Shown here: positions 27,315 to 35,808 of the stretch, in pieces
How positions within the stretch are numbered: position 1 is the first letter of the stretch
Layout of the letters: every line of letters starts with the position of its first letter
Virus record (IMG/VR): IMGVR_UViG_3300043443_000233
Location: 1 to 42,486 of that record
From: a virus
Lineage: Duplodnaviria; Caudoviricetes
Strand: one strand, 5' to 3'
Length of the DNA stretch: 42,486 nt
The notes under the pieces: generated by a model
Told to the model about the DNA's origin: nothing
What the model saw: only the letters and a program-made list of their open reading frames with translations
Database searches by the model: none
Made by a program: the position numbers and the translations under genes

Positions 27315-27536
27315 ATGATGATCAACCGAGCAGTTTACGAGTCACTGATGCAGGTCTACGAAGGCTGCCAGACAACCCACCAAGATGGATCTGTCTGGGC
27401 CATGGTCTACATCCCAAACATCAGCGTCAAAGGCGCAAGCAAACACCAGATCGCCGGCGCTCTTTCCGTGTTGGAAAAGCAAGGCCACTACATGTCGACG
27501 GACGACAAGTATTTTGGCCAAGTCCGCATCAAGTAA
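27315..27536 (+). CDS. Hypothetical protein, possibly winged-helix (73 aa)
   Basis: AGGAG RBS; KHQIAGALSVLEKQGHY. Confidence 0.7.
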   Translation: MMINRAVYESLMQVYEGCQTTHQDGSVWAMVYIPNISVKGASKHQIAGALSVLEKQGHYMSTDDKYFGQVRIK

Positions 27537-27567
27537 TCAACCAACCTACCTACCAAAGGAACCAACC

Positions 27568-27813
27568 ATGACCAGCATCCAAACCACCATCGGCAACGGC
27601 AAGGCCGTCGTCACCGTCAACTACGGCACCGAGGAGGGCGTGGCCGGCGTCCTCGAGGTTTTGCTCGGCACCACCAACATCTTCGACGCACTGAGCGAAG
27701 ACCAAATCTTGGACCTGGAAATGGAGTGCCAGGCCGACTACGACGAACAGCTCGAGCGCCGCCGCGAAGACTTCGCCATCGACCGCTACGAATTGAGCTG
27801 CGCATACGATTGA
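27568..27813 (+). CDS. Hypothetical acidic protein (81 aa)
   Basis: AAGGA RBS before ATG 27568. Confidence 0.7.
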   Translation: MTSIQTTIGNGKAVVTVNYGTEEGVAGVLEVLLGTTNIFDALSEDQILDLEMECQADYDEQLERRREDFAIDRYELSCAYD

Positions 27814-27838
27814 TCAACCAACCCAAGGAGAAACCACC

Positions 27839-28234
27839 ATGACAACCGCAACCGCACAACTGACCATCGAGGAGCTGGTCACCAAACTCGCCGCCGCCAA
27901 GGCTGCCGAGGCCATCGCCAACAAGGACCGCGTCAAGCTCGAGGAGCAGATCGTCAAGCTCTTGGGCGCCAAGCCCGAGGGTGCCACCACCCACGAGCTG
28001 ACCAACGGCTTCAAGGTCACCATCACCGGCAAGATGTCCTACAAGGCCGACATGGAAATGCTCATGCAACTGGCCAGTGCACTGCCACCCAACATGCGCC
28101 CCATCAAGGTCGAGCCCAAGCTCGACGAGACTGGCGCCAAGTACCTGCGCAACAACGAGCCCGAGGTCTGGGCCATGCTCGCGCCGGCCATCACGATCAA
28201 GCCCGTCAAGACGTCCGTCGAGATCAAGGTCTGA
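27839..28234 (+). CDS. Conserved hypothetical phage protein of the recombination module
   Basis: AAGGAG RBS; 131 aa; sits ahead of the Sak4/SSB genes. Confidence 0.75.
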   Translation: MTTATAQLTIEELVTKLAAAKAAEAIANKDRVKLEEQIVKLLGAKPEGATTHELTNGFKVTITGKMSYKADMEMLMQLASALPPNMRPIKVEPKLDETGAKYLRNNEPEVWAMLAPAITIKPVKTSVEIKV

Positions 28235-28236
28235 TC

Positions 28237-28476
28237 ATGAGCACGCAACACACACCGGGGCCGTGGAAGGCTGTTTATGTTGGCTGCGGGGATTGGGACT
28301 TGACTGGCCCCGTCACGCAAGAAGACTGGACACTTGCCGCCGCAGCTCCTGATCTGCTTGAGGCACTCTGCATGGCCCATGACTACTTGGCAGGCAATGG
28401 ATGGGACAACGACGACCGCATGAATCCAATTCGCGCCGCCATCACCAAAGCTACCAATCAACCCACCGCCAACTGA
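28237..28476 (+). CDS. Hypothetical protein (HTPGPW..AAAPDLLEAL family)
   Basis: Widespread small phage ORF motif. Confidence 0.75.
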   Translation: MSTQHTPGPWKAVYVGCGDWDLTGPVTQEDWTLAAAAPDLLEALCMAHDYLAGNGWDNDDRMNPIRAAITKATNQPTAN

Positions 28477-28490
28477 AAGGACTACCTACC

Positions 28491-29222
28491 ATGGCATTTA
28501 ACCTCGACTCCATTAAACGCAGCACCGGCATCAAAGCCCCACGCGTCATGATCTACGGCCCGCACGGCCTGGGCAAAACCACCTTCGGTGCCGGTGCACC
28601 GTCGCCAATTTTCATCCTGACCGAGGACGGCCTTGGCCGCCTCGAGGTCGACCACTTCCCCGTGGCCACGTCTTTCAACGACGTCATTGATGCGATCGGC
28701 ACACTGTATAACGAGGATCACAACTTCGGCACCGTGGTGATCGACTCGCTCGACTGGCTGGACAACCTGATCTGGGCCGACATCCACACCAAGCACGACG
28801 ACAAAGCGCTGGCCTACGGCAAGGGCGCAGTGATCGCGGCCGACTACTGGCGCAGCATCCTCGAGGGCCTGGCCGCCCTGCGCGACGACAAGGGCATGGC
28901 CGTGGTGCTGATCGCGCACACCGAGATCAAGCGCTTTGATTCTCCGGAAACCGAGCCGTATGACCGCTACCGCCCCAAGCTCCAGGACCGCAGCTCTGCG
29001 CTGATCCAGGAGTGGTGCGACGCCGTGTTCTTTTGCAACTACCGCGTGCTCACCAAAGAGACAGAGGTCGGGTTCAACAAAGAGGTGCGCCGCGGTATCA
29101 CCACCGGCGAGCGCCTGATGTATACGACCGAGAAACCAGCCTACCTGGCCAAGAACCGTTACGGCCTACCCGACAGCATGCCGCTGTCGTGGGACGCCTT
29201 CGCCACTGCCATCGCGCAGTAA
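28491..29222 (+). CDS. Sak4-like AAA_24 ATPase / single-strand annealing protein
   Basis: YGPHGLGKTT, TVVIDSLDWL, LIAH and AKNRYGLP motifs; RBS AAAGGA. Confidence 0.88.
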   Translation: MAFNLDSIKRSTGIKAPRVMIYGPHGLGKTTFGAGAPSPIFILTEDGLGRLEVDHFPVATSFNDVIDAIGTLYNEDHNFGTVVIDSLDWLDNLIWADIHTKHDDKALAYGKGAVIAADYWRSILEGLAALRDDKGMAVVLIAHTEIKRFDSPETEPYDRYRPKLQDRSSALIQEWCDAVFFCNYRVLTKETEVGFNKEVRRGITTGERLMYTTEKPAYLAKNRYGLPDSMPLSWDAFATAIAQ

Positions 29223-29257
29223 TCACCAACCGAGCCACCAACCTAAAGGAAACCATC

Positions 29258-29752
29258 ATGGCCCGCATTAACTTCAACGCATCCACTGTCGAACCCTCCA
29301 CCCCCATGGACGTGCTGCCCAAGGGCAAGTACCTGTGCATGGCGATCGCATCCGAGCTCAAGGCCACCAAGACCGGCAACGGTGAATACCTCCAGATCAC
29401 CTTCGAGGTGCTCGATGGCCAGTTCAAGAGCCGCAAGATCTTCGAGCGCCTGAACATCCGCAATAGCAACAAGACCGCCGAGGACATCGCCCAGCGCGCC
29501 CTGTCGGCTTTGTGCCACGCGGTCGGGGTGATTGAGCTCGAGGACAGCGACCAGCTCCACAACATCCCGGTGACGATCGACCTGGACATCGACCCAGCCA
29601 AGGGTGAGTACAGCGCGCAGAACCGCGTCAAGGGTTACAGCGCTGCCGGTGGCCAGACTTCTGCGCCAGCACCGACCCAGCGAGCAGCAGCCCCCGCTGC
29701 CGCAGCTCCAGCCGCCGGCGGCACACCGGTCTGGAAAAAGAAAGCAGCCTGA
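29258..29752 (+). CDS. DUF669-type single-stranded DNA-binding protein
   Basis: LPKGKY..GEYLQITFEVLDG..RKIFERLN, flexible tail ending PVWKKK; follows Sak4. Confidence 0.85.
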   Translation: MARINFNASTVEPSTPMDVLPKGKYLCMAIASELKATKTGNGEYLQITFEVLDGQFKSRKIFERLNIRNSNKTAEDIAQRALSALCHAVGVIELEDSDQLHNIPVTIDLDIDPAKGEYSAQNRVKGYSAAGGQTSAPAPTQRAAAPAAAAPAAGGTPVWKKKAA

Positions 29753-29778
29753 CCTCATTTGCACACGAAAGGAAAACC

Positions 29779-30174
29779 ATGACAGACCAATCCATCGAGC
29801 AGGAAATCCAAGACAAAGGATTGACCGCGCCACGCATCACGCCTGCGGACATCGAGGCCAACATCGCCAGCGAGCACTACTTCACGGCCCGCGACGGCCG
29901 CCGAGGTGCGCTGCACGAGGAAACCTATGTGGGCCGCGAGCAGCCCGCGCAGGACAACTCGGACCTGCTGCCGCTGAACCTGCTGACCTTCTGCGTTCTG
30001 GTGCTGCGCAACGGCTTCACCGTCACCGGCGAGTCGGCCTGCGCCAGCCCTGAGAACTTCGACGCCGAGGTCGGTCGCAAGATCGCCAAGGCCAACGCCG
30101 TGCAAAAGATCTGGCCGCTCATGGGCTACGAGCTGCGCAGCAAGCTCGCAGTCATTGAGAGCCTGAAAGCCTGA
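29779..30174 (+). CDS. N4 Gp49/Sf6 Gp66 family protein
   Basis: LVLRNGFTVTGESACASPENFDAEVGRKIA..IWPLMGY signature. Confidence 0.9.
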   Translation: MTDQSIEQEIQDKGLTAPRITPADIEANIASEHYFTARDGRRGALHEETYVGREQPAQDNSDLLPLNLLTFCVLVLRNGFTVTGESACASPENFDAEVGRKIAKANAVQKIWPLMGYELRSKLAVIESLKA

Positions 30175-30231
30175 CGACCTTGCCTGATGCCACTGCCCAC
30201 GCGGTGGCATTGGGAAAGGAGTCGAAAGACC

Positions 30232-30492
30232 ATGACACAAGCAACTAACCACAACACGGGCGGGGCAGCGTTTCCAATGAGCTGGGTGAAGCAGGAAGCG
30301 CCCAACCTCAATGTCATCCTCGAGCAAAGGGGCATGACCCTGCGCGATTACTTCGCGGCCAAGGCCATGCCCGTAGTCATCACGGACTGGCTGAACACTG
30401 GCGACATCTTCCAAGACCCAGAGATTGCGGAAGTGATCGCCCGAGACTGCTACATCGTGGCCGACGCCATGCTGAAAGCGAGGGCCGCGTGA
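30232..30492 (+). CDS. Hypothetical protein (GMTLRDYFAAKAM family)
   Basis: GGAAFP..GMTLRDYFAAKAM..YIVADAMLKAR; AAGGAG RBS. Confidence 0.8.
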   Translation: MTQATNHNTGGAAFPMSWVKQEAPNLNVILEQRGMTLRDYFAAKAMPVVITDWLNTGDIFQDPEIAEVIARDCYIVADAMLKARAA

Positions 30493-31607
30493 TGGCCAAA
30501 CTACCCGAACCCGTCCACGAGCACACCACCTCGACCGCGATCGTCCGCTGGTACGAAAAGAACCAGGACACCGACGGCCGCCCGCACCTGGGCGCATCGC
30601 TGATCGGTCGACCCTGCGAGCGCGAGCTCTGGTATTCGTTCCGCTGGGCAACGTCCAAGAAATTCCCCGGCCGCATCCTGCGCCTGTTCAACCGCGGCCA
30701 ACGCGAGGAGCCTGCATTTATTGAGGAGCTGCGCGGCATCGGCGTCGAGATCCTGGACCGCGATCCCGAAACCGGTGGCCAGTTCAACTTCCGCGCCGTG
30801 CGTGACCACTTCGGCGGATCATGCGACGGCATCGGCCGCGGCTTTCCCGAGGCGCCCAAGAGCTGGGCCATCGTGGAGTTCAAGACCCACAACGCCGACA
30901 GCTTCAAGGACCTGGCCAAGCTCGGCGTGGCCAACGCCAAGCCCGAGCACTTCTCGCAGATGCAGATCTACATGGGCCTGGCCGAGCTCGAGCGCGCCCT
31001 GTACCTGGCGGTGAACAAGAACACCGACGAGCTGCACAGCGAATGGGTGCACTTCGAGCGCGACCACTTCGAGCTCATGATCAAGAAGGCCGAGCGCATC
31101 ATCGACGCCGAGGTGCCACCCCTGCGCGTGCACAACGACCCGGCCTGGTGGGCCTGCAAGCCGTGCGACCAGCACGCTGTCTGCCACGGCGACAAGGTGC
31201 CCCAGAAAAACTGCCGCACCTGCGTGCACGCCACCCCGGTGGACGATGGCCAATGGGGTTGCCAGCACCACGAGCGCCTGATCACCATCGACGAGCAGCG
31301 CGTGGGGTGCCGCCAGCATTTGTATATACCGCCGCTGATCAACTACGCCGAGGTGCAAGACGCCGGCAATGGCTGGATCAAGTACAAGCACCGCGACGGC
31401 CTGGTGTTCGCCAACGTCACCGAGGACTGCGACCGGTCCGAGGAGAACATGACCAACGACATCGAGGCCTGCTACACCAGCGCCGAGCTGGCGGTGACCG
31501 TGCCAATGATCGTGGGTGACAAGCTCACGGCCGACATCAAAAAAGAGTTTCCAGGCAGCCGCGTGTTGAGCAGCGAGCTGACCGATGACAAAGACCCCCC
31601 ATTCTGA
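30492..31607 (+). CDS. Cas4/RecB-like PD-(D/E)xK exonuclease with Cys clusters
   Basis: HLGASLIGRPC, GSCDG..VEFKT, QMQIYM, CKPC..C, then NCRTC..C..C..H. Confidence 0.85.
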   Translation: MAKLPEPVHEHTTSTAIVRWYEKNQDTDGRPHLGASLIGRPCERELWYSFRWATSKKFPGRILRLFNRGQREEPAFIEELRGIGVEILDRDPETGGQFNFRAVRDHFGGSCDGIGRGFPEAPKSWAIVEFKTHNADSFKDLAKLGVANAKPEHFSQMQIYMGLAELERALYLAVNKNTDELHSEWVHFERDHFELMIKKAERIIDAEVPPLRVHNDPAWWACKPCDQHAVCHGDKVPQKNCRTCVHATPVDDGQWGCQHHERLITIDEQRVGCRQHLYIPPLINYAEVQDAGNGWIKYKHRDGLVFANVTEDCDRSEENMTNDIEACYTSAELAVTVPMIVGDKLTADIKKEFPGSRVLSSELTDDKDPPF

Positions 31608-31615
31608 GGTGACCT

Positions 31616-31930
31616 ATGAAACGACAAGAAATCCTAAAGCAGCTCGAGCACACCATCTGCCGCGACCGCGTCGACACCCACGGCAAACCCGAGAACACCT
31701 TTGCGCTGATCGCCGACTACTGGTCCACCTACCTCAGTCAAGAGGCCGGCGTGGACGTGCTGATCGACGCGTCCGATGTGGCCGTGATGATGTCGCTGTT
31801 CAAGATCGCCCGCTTCCAGGTGCAGCCCATGCACATGGACAACGCGATCGACGGCGCGGGTTACTTCGTGATCGCCGGCGAGCTGGTGTCCGAGCTCAGT
31901 GGCAGCGACGAGCTGCTCAATGAACGATGA
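31616..31930 (+). CDS. DUF6378-like protein
   Basis: R..HGKPENTFALIA.YWS..DVAVMM.LFKIAR..DNAIDGAGY. Confidence 0.8.
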   Translation: MKRQEILKQLEHTICRDRVDTHGKPENTFALIADYWSTYLSQEAGVDVLIDASDVAVMMSLFKIARFQVQPMHMDNAIDGAGYFVIAGELVSELSGSDELLNER

Positions 31931-32184
31931 AGCCACTCAACATCATCAGCGTGCCGCCGGGCTTCTGGGTCCTGCGTGACGAGCGCGGCCTGTTCTACGC
32001 GTACAGCTCCCCCGAGTCCGGCGTGCGCTGCACCGACGAGATGCGCCTGGCCCGCAAGTACGGCACCGAGCGCGGTGCCTGGTCTGCGCACCACAAGATC
32101 CGCCTGGCCTACGGCAAGCAGACCCAACCTATCTACTTCACCACACGATTGACCTACCATGAAACTCAGGCAGTACCAGGCTGA
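31927..32184 (+). CDS. Hypothetical protein (85 aa)
   Basis: ATGA coupling; fills the gap before the helicase. Confidence 0.55.
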   Translation: MKPLNIISVPPGFWVLRDERGLFYAYSSPESGVRCTDEMRLARKYGTERGAWSAHHKIRLAYGKQTQPIYFTTRLTYHETQAVPG

Positions 32185-33775
32185 CGCCATTCAATCCATT
32201 TACGACTGGTTCGCAGCCGGCAAGGACGCACCCCTGGTGGTGACGCCCACGGGCTCGGGCAAGTCGGTCATCCTGGCCGACTTCATTCGCCGCGCCTGCA
32301 CCGAGTTTCCCGACACCCACATCCTGGTCGTGACCCACGTCAAGGAGCTGGTCGACCAGGACGCCAAGGCCATCAAGCGCATGTGGCCACACGCCCCCGT
32401 GGGCATCTACTCCGCAGGCCTGGCCAAGCGCCAGCTCAAGCCGGTGACCGTGGCCAGCATCCAGTCGGTCTACAACAAGCCCGCCTTCCACGGCCGCTTC
32501 GATCTGATCATCGTCGACGAGGCGCACCTGATCCCGCACAAGAGCAGCGGCATGTACCGCAAACTGCTCGAGGCCTGCATCGCCACCAACCCCGACACCA
32601 AACTGATCGGCCTCACCGCCACGCCGTATCGCCTGGACAGCGGCATGCTCCACGAGGGCGAGGGCGCGCTGTTCGACGGCATCAGCTACGAGGCCAACGT
32701 GGCCGACCTGATCCAAGCCGGGTATCTGTGCCCGCTCACCGCCCGCCACGGCGACGACGTGGACATGACCGGCATCAAGGTGACCGGCGGTGAATTCAAC
32801 GCGGGCCAGCTCGGCGAGCGCATGTCGGCCATCGAGCTGGTCGAGCACCACGCCGACCTGATCGTGCAGCGCTGCTTGGACCGCAATGCCTGGCTGATCT
32901 TTTGCGTGACCGTCGAGCACGCCGCCCAGATCACCGCCGCGCTGGGCCGCCGTGGCGTGAGCTCCGAGTACGTCAGCGGTGACATGCCGGGCGCCGAGCG
33001 CGACGCCAAGATCCAGGCGTTCAAGGACGGCAAGATCCGGGCGCTGGTCAACTGCTCGATCCTGACCACCGGCTTCGATCACCCGGCCACCGACGCGGTG
33101 GTGATGCTGCGCCCCACCCTGTCGCCCGGCCTGTACGTCCAGATGGTCGGCCGCGGCCTGCGCCTGCACGAGAGCAAGAGCAACTGCCTGGTGCTCGACT
33201 TCGGTGGCAACGTGCGCCGCCACGGATTCATCGACAAGGTCGAGCCACCGCGCAAGGGCAAGAAGGGCGCGAGCAAAGAGGCGCCGGTCAAGGCCTGCCC
33301 GCAGTGCAATCTGCTGGTGTCGATCATGACCAAGACCTGCGAGTGCGGCCACGTCTTCGAGATCGCCGAGCGCGAGAGCGAGACGCTGCACCACACCGGC
33401 GCGATTCTCTCGACCGAGGTTCCACCGGTGGAGCTCAAGATCCAGCGCGTGGCCTACGCCAAGCACGTCGGCAAGAGCGGCATGCCCACCATGCGCGTCG
33501 ACTACTACTGCGGCCTCAAGCGCGTGAGCGAGTACGTCTGCCTCGAGCACCAAGGCTTTGCCCGCACCAAGGCCGTGGCCTGGTGGAGCTCGCGCCTGCT
33601 GGCGCAGCACTGCGCCGAGGTGACACCGGCCACCGTCGACCAGGCGCTGAACGAGGCGCACAAGCTCGACGTGCCGCGCTCGATCGTCGTGTCGTTCGCG
33701 ACCAAGTACCCCGAAATCAAGAGCCACAAATTTCTAGGGGTAAGTCCTAGTGTTGAGGATGTCGCAACACTGTGA
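32159..33775 (+). CDS. SF2 DEAH helicase (RadD/YejH-like) with Zn ribbon
   Basis: LRQYQ, PTGSGKS, DEAH, GLTATP, LTTGFD, QMVGRGLR, CPQC..CECG. Confidence 0.93.
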   Translation: MKLRQYQADAIQSIYDWFAAGKDAPLVVTPTGSGKSVILADFIRRACTEFPDTHILVVTHVKELVDQDAKAIKRMWPHAPVGIYSAGLAKRQLKPVTVASIQSVYNKPAFHGRFDLIIVDEAHLIPHKSSGMYRKLLEACIATNPDTKLIGLTATPYRLDSGMLHEGEGALFDGISYEANVADLIQAGYLCPLTARHGDDVDMTGIKVTGGEFNAGQLGERMSAIELVEHHADLIVQRCLDRNAWLIFCVTVEHAAQITAALGRRGVSSEYVSGDMPGAERDAKIQAFKDGKIRALVNCSILTTGFDHPATDAVVMLRPTLSPGLYVQMVGRGLRLHESKSNCLVLDFGGNVRRHGFIDKVEPPRKGKKGASKEAPVKACPQCNLLVSIMTKTCECGHVFEIAERESETLHHTGAILSTEVPPVELKIQRVAYAKHVGKSGMPTMRVDYYCGLKRVSEYVCLEHQGFARTKAVAWWSSRLLAQHCAEVTPATVDQALNEAHKLDVPRSIVVSFATKYPEIKSHKFLGVSPSVEDVATL

Positions 33776-33781
33776 CATAAT
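33735..33781 (+). promoter_or_regulatory. Internal promoter TTGAGG-17-CATAAT with operator O4 (33751-33769) and TAGG-N7-CCTA box
   Basis: TGTTGAGGATGTCGCAACA overlaps the -35, inside the last codons of the helicase. Confidence 0.7.
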
Positions 33782-33822
33782 CCTCATGCCACTGGCATTT
33801 ATCAACCAACCGAAAGACCAAC

Positions 33823-33987
33823 ATGAAGCACCACAACCACCATCAACATCCATACAGCAGCGAGTTCAAGCGCCGCATTTTCACGCGCCGCATTGAGCGC
33901 CGCATCGAGGCCGGCGCAAGTTTCCTGCTGGCGTTCGTCATCGGCCTCGGCCTGGCTGTGTTGCTGGTTGCGTGGTGGAGCTCGTAA
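33823..33987 (+). CDS. Small His-rich/basic protein with C-terminal TM helix (54 aa)
   Basis: MKHHNHHQHPY..FLLAFVIGLGLAVLLVAWWSS; TAATG coupling to the next gene. Below the ORF-track size cutoff. Confidence 0.7.
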   Translation: MKHHNHHQHPYSSEFKRRIFTRRIERRIEAGASFLLAFVIGLGLAVLLVAWWSS

Positions 33988-34208
33988 TGCCATACATCCA
34001 CGTCGACATTGATCCAGAAGAATTTGAAGACGACGAGCTGATCGAGGAGCTCGAGAGTCGCGGTTACGTCGTCATTCGAAAAGACGGCACCAGCGAATCA
34101 CTTGGCAACCTCGACCACATCGAGCACCTGGTTGTCTGCGGCCAGATCGAGCATGCACGCGCCGAGGCTCTGCTGCTTGTCGGTCGATCCATTGGGAGGC
34201 CGCTATGA
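33987..34208 (+). CDS. Hypothetical acidic protein (73 aa)
   Basis: MPYIHVDIDPEEFEDDELIEELESRG. Confidence 0.7.
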   Translation: MPYIHVDIDPEEFEDDELIEELESRGYVVIRKDGTSESLGNLDHIEHLVVCGQIEHARAEALLLVGRSIGRPL

Positions 34209-34312
34209 GCTGGCCCTTCCCACCACCCGGCGGCCCCGTGCCCTGGACGCCAGCGCAAGAGCGCGCCTACCAACAACAGCAACGCAACCAACTACCCGAC
34301 GCACCTTTTTGA
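34205..34312 (+). CDS. 35-aa Pro/Trp-rich microprotein
   Basis: MSWPFPPPGGPVPWTPAQERAYQQQQRNQLPDAPF; ATGA coupling. Confidence 0.65.
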   Translation: MSWPFPPPGGPVPWTPAQERAYQQQQRNQLPDAPF

Positions 34313-34322
34313 AAGCAGCACC

Positions 34323-34544
34323 ATGAAAGTCCACACCATCGAGGCCAAGGCCAAAGAACATCTAGCGATTGAGATCGAGCCGACGACCGCCGGCAAGCGC
34401 GAGCACACCAGCCTGTCGCAGCGCGAGATCTACACACCAGGGTGGACGACCGTTCGCGCTGGGTCAGACAAAGCCCTTGAGATCCCCAGCCGCGTGGGCA
34501 ACCGCAAGCACTACCGCGACGGCCGCGTGGAGCTGGTGGCGTGA
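34323..34544 (+). CDS. Hypothetical protein (73 aa)
   Basis: RAGSDKALEIPSRVG..YRDGRV; tight operon packing. Confidence 0.7.
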   Translation: MKVHTIEAKAKEHLAIEIEPTTAGKREHTSLSQREIYTPGWTTVRAGSDKALEIPSRVGNRKHYRDGRVELVA

Positions 34545-34735
34545 GAAACGTCAGCGGCTACCTGACAGACGACGGCACGTTCTTCCAGGACAAGAAGGAA
34601 GCCGAGGCCCACGAGCGACTGCTTGGCGTGAACAAACTGATCGAAGAATTCGTGGCAAGGAAATGGACCAAGGGCGACGGCATCGAGCAGTCGCTCCAGG
34701 CATGGGAAAGATACAAAGCGGAGATGGCCAAATGA
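34541..34735 (+). CDS. Hypothetical protein (64 aa)
   Basis: YLTDDGTFF..EAEAHE; GTGA coupling. Confidence 0.7.
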   Translation: MRNVSGYLTDDGTFFQDKKEAEAHERLLGVNKLIEEFVARKWTKGDGIEQSLQAWERYKAEMAK

Positions 34736-34839
34736 GCAACCTACCCCACTGGATGCAGGCGTGCATCGTTTTCTGCGCAATCACGGGCGCATGGTTCTGG
34801 ATAATTTATATCGACGAGTGGCTGAAAGTTTACGCATGA
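34732..34839 (+). CDS. 35-aa single-TM microprotein
   Basis: MSNLPHWMQACIVFCAITGAWFWIIYIDEWLKVYA; ATGA coupling at both ends. Confidence 0.6.
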   Translation: MSNLPHWMQACIVFCAITGAWFWIIYIDEWLKVYA

Positions 34840-35018
34840 CCTACACCTGGCCAGACGGCACACCCAAGAGCCAAGGCAACGCCTTCAACTGGCGCGGCAA
34901 CGAGAGCCACATCACCAACAGCCGGGACTGGAAACAGTCCGAGGCAGCCAAGCGCCAGATGTCCGGCAAGCCCGGCGCGGCCTTCACCATCTACTCGAGG
35001 GCGAAGGCAACCAAATGA
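34836..35018 (+). CDS. Hypothetical protein (60 aa)
   Basis: MTYTWPDGTPKSQGNAFNWR; ATGA coupling. Confidence 0.65.
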   Translation: MTYTWPDGTPKSQGNAFNWRGNESHITNSRDWKQSEAAKRQMSGKPGAAFTIYSRAKATK

Positions 35019-35470
35019 GAAAGCGCTCCAAGTACCGGCCACGCCCAACCCTGCAAGACCCGGTGGCCTGGGTGGTCAACGGGTTCAAGCCCATGGCCAC
35101 CCACCCCGAGGCAATCACCCTGCGCATCAGGAACCACAACGCCATGCACGAGCTGGTCCACGGCGAGGGCACCACAGTCGACGTGGACACGGTCATCTCG
35201 GCGGTCAACATCGCAGAGGCTCTGGCCATGGACGGCCTGGGCAATGACTGGATTCCCGAGATCCGGGCCGCCCAGGACGCGGTGCTCACCATGGCCAGGC
35301 GCGGTGTCGAGCGCGGCAGGTTCCTGTTCAACGGCCCCGAGCTCACCGCGGTCAACCAGTGCATCGAGATCCACGACGCGCAGCTCGACAAGTGCACCTA
35401 CGCCCAGCTCGAGAAGGCCACGCGGTTCGTGGTCGAAACCATCAAGCACAAACGAGCGAGGGCGATCTAA
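35015..35470 (+). CDS. Conserved hypothetical phage protein (151 aa)
   Basis: MRKRSKYRPR..IHDAQL; coupled at both ends. Confidence 0.75.
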   Translation: MRKRSKYRPRPTLQDPVAWVVNGFKPMATHPEAITLRIRNHNAMHELVHGEGTTVDVDTVISAVNIAEALAMDGLGNDWIPEIRAAQDAVLTMARRGVERGRFLFNGPELTAVNQCIEIHDAQLDKCTYAQLEKATRFVVETIKHKRARAI

Positions 35471-35808
35471 TGGCCATCATCAAAGTCAACGCCATGAGCT
35501 ACGCCAAACTGCTGCGCGAGCTGCACGACGGGCCGTTCTCGTTTCAGGAGCTGGCCGACAACACCGGCCTGCACTATCACACGGTGCGCGAGTATGTGAA
35601 CGCCCTGCACCGCGAGCACCTGGTGCACATCGCGCTGTGGGAAAAGGACCGGCTGGGCCGGGACTGCAAACCCCTGTGGGCCTACGGCCAGGGCCGGGAC
35701 AAGAAGCGCGAGCGCATGACCCAGGCCGAGCGCCAGGAACGTCACCGCGCCAAGAAGCGCGGCATGGCCAGCCCGCTGCACAAACTTGGATTGACCGACA
35801 CCCAATGA
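35470..35808 (+). CDS. Winged-helix DNA-binding protein (112 aa)
   Basis: FQELADNTGLHYHTVREYVNALH; basic tail TQAERQERHRAKK; TAATG coupling. Confidence 0.75.
   Translation: MAIIKVNAMSYAKLLRELHDGPFSFQELADNTGLHYHTVREYVNALHREHLVHIALWEKDRLGRDCKPLWAYGQGRDKKRERMTQAERQERHRAKKRGMASPLHKLGLTDTQ

Noticed and set aside
30492-31607. CRISPR-Cas system suggested by the Cas4-like nuclease
   Set aside because: No array or other cas genes; it sits in a standard Sak4-SSB-nuclease-helicase module.
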